This document shows, one piece after another, positions 59,713 to 64,000 of a stretch of DNA of 64,000 nt. How positions within the stretch are numbered: the stretch's first letter is position 1; every line of letters starts with the position of its first letter. The notes beneath the pieces were generated by a model. That model did not search any database. It saw only the letters and a list, made by a program, of their open reading frames with translations, and was not told the origin of the DNA. Made by a program: the position numbers and the translations under genes. Origin of the DNA: an uncultured Spirochaetaceae bacterium (GTDB lineage: Bacteria > Spirochaetota > Spirochaetia > SZUA-6 > DRHE01); NCBI GenBank assembly GCA_964389305.1, contig CAYMEK010000019.1:416-64415 (forward strand). Direction: 5' to 3'.

Positions 59713-60729
59713 TTACTGGTATTGAGGATAGCGTCTATTGAACTCGGCGACCACCCTTTCCCGCTCTTTGCCCCATTTAAGGTGATCGTAGGCAACAAGA
59801 TTCAGCTCCGACAGACGGGGTACCCCCGCCAGCGTCTCCACGTCGGTAATGGGCACCCTGGGACTGGCCTGCATCAACACCTTCTGGCCTTCTACAGAGA
59901 GGCACCAGTCCACAAACCGCCGGGCGTTCTGCGGGTGTTTCGCTCCCTCGATGATGGCTACGGGGGAGGGCCAGGCGAGCACTCCGTCGGAGGGAAAGAC
60001 CGGCGTCAGCGGCGCCCCGGGATTCTGTAGCGGCGTGTTGTGAGGGTCGGGCACGATTCCCACGGCGAACTCACCCGCTAACGCCTTCTGGGCCGGACCG
60101 GAGCCGCTTTTTTCAAGAAAGGCAATATTGCGGTACATCCGATCCAGGAACCGCCAGCCCTTCTCCTCCCCCATTACCTGCAGGATCCCCGACACCGTGG
60201 TATACGCCGTACCGGAGGTGTTGGGATTGGAGGCTGACAGCTCATCCTCGTACACCGGATCGGCCAGATCCGCCCAGCCCTGCGGAAGCGGCAGGCCCTT
60301 GCTCTCCAGCCGTTCGTCGTTCACCAGAAACCCCACCACGACCAACGACAGACCGGTCCAGTAGCCGGCTTCGTCCTTGAACGTCCGACCTACGTTTTCG
60401 GCATTCGGGGAACGGTAAGCCGCTATCAGTCCCTCTGCCTTGGCCTGAATAAAGGCATCCGAGCCGCCGCCAAACCATACATCCGTTTGCGGATTGGATT
60501 TTTCGGCCCGAAGCCGGGACAGAACCTCCCCCGATGACATGGTCAGTAATTCGACCCTGATGCCGGTAGCTTTCTCGAACTCTCTGGCGATCAGGTCCGG
60601 TCCACCGTAAGCGACATACATGGTGAGCACCCTTTGCTCTTCCCCGGCCTCACTCTGGGCCGCGGGCCAGAGTGCGGAAGCGAACCATAGCAGTGCCGGC
60701 ACCAAAAAAAGAAATCCTGTCCTTTTCAC
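59713..60729 (-). CDS. ABC substrate-binding protein (AfuA/FbpA/2-AEP class)
   Basis: AAGGAG + GTG 60729; MSSGEVLSRLRAEKSNPQTDVWFGG, WADL, NPNTSGTAY, ARRFVDW. Confidence 0.9.
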   Translation of the reverse strand: MKRTGFLFLVPALLWFASALWPAAQSEAGEEQRVLTMYVAYGGPDLIAREFEKATGIRVELLTMSSGEVLSRLRAEKSNPQTDVWFGGGSDAFIQAKAEGLIAAYRSPNAENVGRTFKDEAGYWTGLSLVVVGFLVNDERLESKGLPLPQGWADLADPVYEDELSASNPNTSGTAYTTVSGILQVMGEEKGWRFLDRMYRNIAFLEKSGSGPAQKALAGEFAVGIVPDPHNTPLQNPGAPLTPVFPSDGVLAWPSPVAIIEGAKHPQNARRFVDWCLSVEGQKVLMQASPRVPITDVETLAGVPRLSELNLVAYDHLKWGKERERVVAEFNRRYPQYQ

Positions 60730-60821
60730 GTCGATCTCCTTGTTCCAGGCAGTGGTCCCGTCGTCATAAAACCGCATCCCCCCGCAATAGTACATCGAAC
60801 CCACGTTGCTTTTCCATCCAT

Positions 60822-60959
60822 TTACCGGCATGGCCGAAGGCATCTTACTGGCATGGCCGAGGGCATCTTGCCGGCCTGGCCGAAGGCATCTTACCGGCCT
60901 GGCCGAAGGCATCTTACCGGCCTGGCCGAGGGCATCTTGACGGCCTGACCGAAGGCATC
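60822..60959. repeat. Tandem array of 6 x 23-bp units
   Basis: Consensus TTACCGGCCTGGCCGAAGGCATC, units starting at 60822, 60845, 60868, 60891, 60914, 60937; 0-3 substitutions each; no spacers. Confidence 0.97.
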
Positions 60960-61063
60960 GCAGTCCTGGACACGGGAGCCAAAATTACGGAAAATAAAAA
61001 GGACGCCCGGGAATCCCGCGGTCACCCTCTCGGCCGCTTCCGGCGGACACCAGGAGAAAAAGG

Positions 61064-61933
61064 ATGCTGCAACGATCGCAAATCGGACTCAACCGAATTA
61101 TTTATCCCGAGTTGGATATCGAGGCTTATCTGTTGCTTGCCTCGGAGCTGGGCCTCCACAAGGTGGAGCTGCGAAACGACCTCCCTGATAGAAGGATCAT
61201 CGACGATCTCGAGCCGGAACGGGTTCGAGAAGGTTTAGAGAAGTACCGCATTGAGGTCCTTACGATAAACGCCCTGCAAAAGTTCAATCTTTCCGCTCGC
61301 CTGCCAACGGCCCGGGAGGAGCTCGGGGAGCTGATCGAGCTCGGCGCTTCGATCGGGTGCGGGGCAATCGTTCTATGCCCCAATAACGACAGGAAAGATA
61401 CCAGAAGTAGGGAAGAAATGCTGCGCGAGACGGTGTCGGTTCTCAAAGCCTTTCGCCCCCTGTTTGAAGACAGCGGACTGTCCGGATACGTAGAGCCTCT
61501 GGGTTTTCCCGAATCTTCACTGCGGTCCCTGCTTTCGGCCCAGAAGGCCCTTAAAGAAGCGGGAGGAAGCTGCTATAAGATCGTCTATGATACCTTTCAT
61601 CATTACCTCGGACCGGACAGTGGAGAAACGATCGAAAGGCAGCTCGATATTTCCTCGATCGGGATCGTCCACCTCTCCGGCGTCGAACGACGCCTGCCCA
61701 GGGAACAGCTCCGTGACGAGCACCGGGTACTGGTTACCGCAGCCGATATCATGGGAAACCGCGAGCAGCTCTCGCGGTTGATTCGAATGGGCTATACAGG
61801 GAACGTCTGTCTGGAGCCGTTTTCGCCCGAAGTGCAGAGACTGCCGAGAGGACAGTTGCTGTCAGCCGTGGACCGCTGTATAGAACTGCTCACCCGAGAC
61901 GGAGATGAGGAAAGAAGGAACCTCGAGCGATGA
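61064..61933 (+). CDS. Xylose-isomerase-like TIM-barrel protein (IolI/2-keto-myo-inositol isomerase-like)
   Basis: VELRNDL, TINALQKFN, VLCPNND, YVEPLGF..SSLR, YDTFHH, VHLSGV, DEHRVL, EPFS. Confidence 0.85.
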   Translation: MLQRSQIGLNRIIYPELDIEAYLLLASELGLHKVELRNDLPDRRIIDDLEPERVREGLEKYRIEVLTINALQKFNLSARLPTAREELGELIELGASIGCGAIVLCPNNDRKDTRSREEMLRETVSVLKAFRPLFEDSGLSGYVEPLGFPESSLRSLLSAQKALKEAGGSCYKIVYDTFHHYLGPDSGETIERQLDISSIGIVHLSGVERRLPREQLRDEHRVLVTAADIMGNREQLSRLIRMGYTGNVCLEPFSPEVQRLPRGQLLSAVDRCIELLTRDGDEERRNLER

Positions 61934-62751
61934 AGCCGGCCGATAGACTGGAGCGGGTCCGTGCTCTGCTTCAGGGCTACGGTTCTGCTGCCGTGGCCTT
62001 CTCCGGAGGCTCGGACAGCACGCTGCTGGCCTACGTGGCTCAGCAGGTGCTGGGTTCCCGGATCGTGGCCGTGACCGTGGACTCGCCGTTTTTTCCGCGA
62101 ACCGAGCTCCGGGCAGCCGGCGCGCTGGCCCGCAGCCTCGGACTGCGATTTCGGCGAGTTCTCCTGGAGAATCTGCCGGAGGAAGTGATGGCGAATCCCG
62201 TTCATCGTTGTTATCTCTGCAAGCTGAAGATCATGGGCGCCGTTCTTTCAACCGCCGCCGAGGCCGACCTGGCGGTCGTGGTCGAGGGCTCGAACGCAGA
62301 GGATCGCGACGACTACCGGCCAGGCCGGCAGGCGCTCAAGGAGCTGGGCGTTCGCAGCCCGCTCCTGGAAGCGGGTCTGGATAAACAGGCAATACGGCAG
62401 CTCTCCCGGCGCTTTCGCCTGCCGACCTGGGACAAGCCGTCCGCCGCCTGCCTGGCCTCCCGCATCCCGTACGGGCAGCCCATCACCCTGAAGGTTTTGC
62501 GGCAGGTTGAAGAGGCGGAGGAGCTTCTGCACCAGCTCGGAATCAGGCAATGCCGTGTCCGGTGCCACGGAACGGCGGCCAGAATCGAAGTAGCGCCGGA
62601 AGAACGTCAGCGCTTCTTTTCGGTCGACTTCATGGAGGTGGTGGCTGCCGGATTGCGCAGGATCGGGTTTCATCATGCCGCTCTCGACCTGGAAGGGTAC
62701 CGGACCGGAAAGATGAATCGCGCTATAGGAGATCAAGATGCTGGAGCATGA
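61930..62751 (+). CDS. larE: ATP-dependent sulfur transferase LarE
   Basis: PP-loop FSGGSDS, RCYLCK, EGSNAED..DYRPG, WDKPSAACLASRIPYG, LDLEGYRTG. Confidence 0.93.
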   Translation: MKPADRLERVRALLQGYGSAAVAFSGGSDSTLLAYVAQQVLGSRIVAVTVDSPFFPRTELRAAGALARSLGLRFRRVLLENLPEEVMANPVHRCYLCKLKIMGAVLSTAAEADLAVVVEGSNAEDRDDYRPGRQALKELGVRSPLLEAGLDKQAIRQLSRRFRLPTWDKPSAACLASRIPYGQPITLKVLRQVEEAEELLHQLGIRQCRVRCHGTAARIEVAPEERQRFFSVDFMEVVAAGLRRIGFHHAALDLEGYRTGKMNRAIGDQDAGA

Positions 62752-63499
62752 GCTGCACGAACTGCTGTCCGGAGTGCGATCCGGGGCGGTGGATATCGAA
62801 AAGGCCCTGCGGATCTTGAAAGATCTGCCCTTCGAAAGCCTGGGGTTCGCTACCGTGGACCACCACAGGGGTCTGCGGCAGGGGACTCCGGAGACGATCT
62901 TCTGCCAGGGTAAAACCATCGGTCAAATAAGGGAGATCGCCGCCCGGTTGTTGGAGAGGGGCACCAACATCCTGGCAACCAGGGTGGATTCAACGGTGTA
63001 TCAAGCGCTTGCGGAGCTGACCGACGATCTGGAGTACCACGAGTCAGGGCGTATCGTGGTGCTCAAGCCGCGGCCGCGCACGCTGTCACCGGGAATCATC
63101 CTGATCATCACGGCAGGTACCGCCGATATTCCCGTGTCGGAGGAGGCGGCCGTTACGGCCGAAGTGTTGGGGAACCGGGTGGAGCGCCTTTACGATGTAG
63201 GTGTAGCGGGGATCCACCGCCTGCTGGCCTTCAGGGACCGGCTGGAGGCGGCGGCGGTGATCGTGGCGGTAGCCGGGATGGACGGCGCGCTGCCCAGCGT
63301 CGTGGGCGGTTTGACCGGCAAACCGGTAATAGCGGTCCCCACCAGCATCGGCTATGGGGCCAGCCTCGGCGGCCTGGCCGCGCTGTTGACCATGCTCAAT
63401 AGCTGCGCCAGCGGCGTCGCGGTTGTCAATATCGATAATGGTTTCGGCGCAGCCTGTTGCGCCAGTCGAATCAACAGCCTGGCAGCGGTGAAGGAGTAG
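62738..63499 (+). CDS. larB: NaAD carboxylase/hydrolase LarB
   Basis: DHHRGLRQGTPE, AGTADIPV.EEA, DVGVAGIHRL, AGMDGALPSV, PTSIGYG, LNSCASG, NIDNGFGA. Confidence 0.95.
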   Translation: MLEHELHELLSGVRSGAVDIEKALRILKDLPFESLGFATVDHHRGLRQGTPETIFCQGKTIGQIREIAARLLERGTNILATRVDSTVYQALAELTDDLEYHESGRIVVLKPRPRTLSPGIILIITAGTADIPVSEEAAVTAEVLGNRVERLYDVGVAGIHRLLAFRDRLEAAAVIVAVAGMDGALPSVVGGLTGKPVIAVPTSIGYGASLGGLAALLTMLNSCASGVAVVNIDNGFGAACCASRINSLAAVKE

Positions 63500-63501
63500 T
63501 A

Positions 63502-64000
63502 ATGGACAGGATTCTTCATTTCGACTGTGTCTCGGGGATCAGCGGCGATATGACCGTTGCAGCCCTGATCTCCGCCGGTGCCGACCGCACCGCCCTGCTG
63601 GAGAGCATAGAGACTCTGGGGCTACCGGGCTTCGAGCTGCGGATCACGGAAACCAGCGTCAACGGCATCACCGCCACGGATTTTTCGGTGCTCGTACAGG
63701 AAACCCACGATCATCCTCACCGCTGCCTGTCCGATATCGAAAGGATCATAGACTCGAGCGGGATTACCCCTAAGGCGAAAGAGCTCTCCGGCCGCATCTT
63801 CCACTGTCTTGGCGAGGCGGAATCGAAAATACACGGCCAGCCCCTCGAAAAGGTCACGTTCCACGAAGTGGGCGCCGTGGATTCGATTGTCGATATCGTA
63901 GCGACCGCGGTTTGCGTCGATCTGCTCGAGGTAGACAGGATCACGGCTTCGGCGGTTCCGGTAGGCCGCGGCTTCACCCGCAGCGCTCACGGCTTGATCC
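63502..64000 (+). CDS. larC: Nickel insertase LarC (5' part, runs off the window)
   Basis: Manual translation MDRILHFDCVSGISGDMTVAALI...THDHPHR...IF..LGEAESKIHG...VTFHEVGAVDSIVDIV...SAHGLI. Confidence 0.93.
   Translation, partial: MDRILHFDCVSGISGDMTVAALISAGADRTALLESIETLGLPGFELRITETSVNGITATDFSVLVQETHDHPHRCLSDIERIIDSSGITPKAKELSGRIFHCLGEAESKIHGQPLEKVTFHEVGAVDSIVDIVATAVCVDLLEVDRITASAVPVGRGFTRSAHGLI

Noticed and set aside
60730-60912. N-terminal extension of the ABC SBP through the repeat array, and ORF 60672-61238
   Set aside because: The 23-bp period is frame-incompatible with a coding repeat, and a strong SD + GTG and signal peptide start at 60729.
60822-60959. CRISPR array
   Set aside because: The repeats are head-to-tail with no unique spacers, and there are no cas genes in the window.

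Overview
A GC-rich chromosomal segment, very likely from a free-living spirochaete (FlaB-type flagellin, UPF0164/FadL-like barrel, DUF5312-like protein, mltG-dnaG-rpoD-zinc ribbon-rnpB-TPR-mreBCD-mrdA-rodA order). It holds about 53 CDSs, RNase P RNA, tRNA-Thr(TGT) and tRNA-Tyr(GTA). I found no integrase, transposase or CRISPR array. The content is mostly housekeeping and envelope genes, plus an orphan error-prone DnaE2, a FakA-FakB (DAK2-DegV) fusion, two ABC importers and the start of a larE-larB-larC nickel-pincer cofactor operon. Best leads: (1) a 6 x 23-bp palindrome-containing tandem array that almost exactly fills the gap between two divergent promoters, one for an Fe(III)/polyamine-class ABC + TIM-barrel operon and one for a TIM-barrel + larEBC operon; (2) a 340-bp intergenic region with two divergent structured leaders, one with a riboswitch-like aptamer/terminator/antiterminator layout upstream of an amino-acid ABC transporter; (3) a 1323-aa protein that seems to fuse a PorV/FadL-like barrel, eight T9SS-CTD-like (FSPxxDG) Ig repeats and an OmpA domain; (4) a palindromic operator candidate over the dnaE2 promoter; (5) CsrA-type GGA hairpins in the flaB leader; (6) many apparently leaderless genes. 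All calls come from reading motifs by eye; no searches or folding programs were run.
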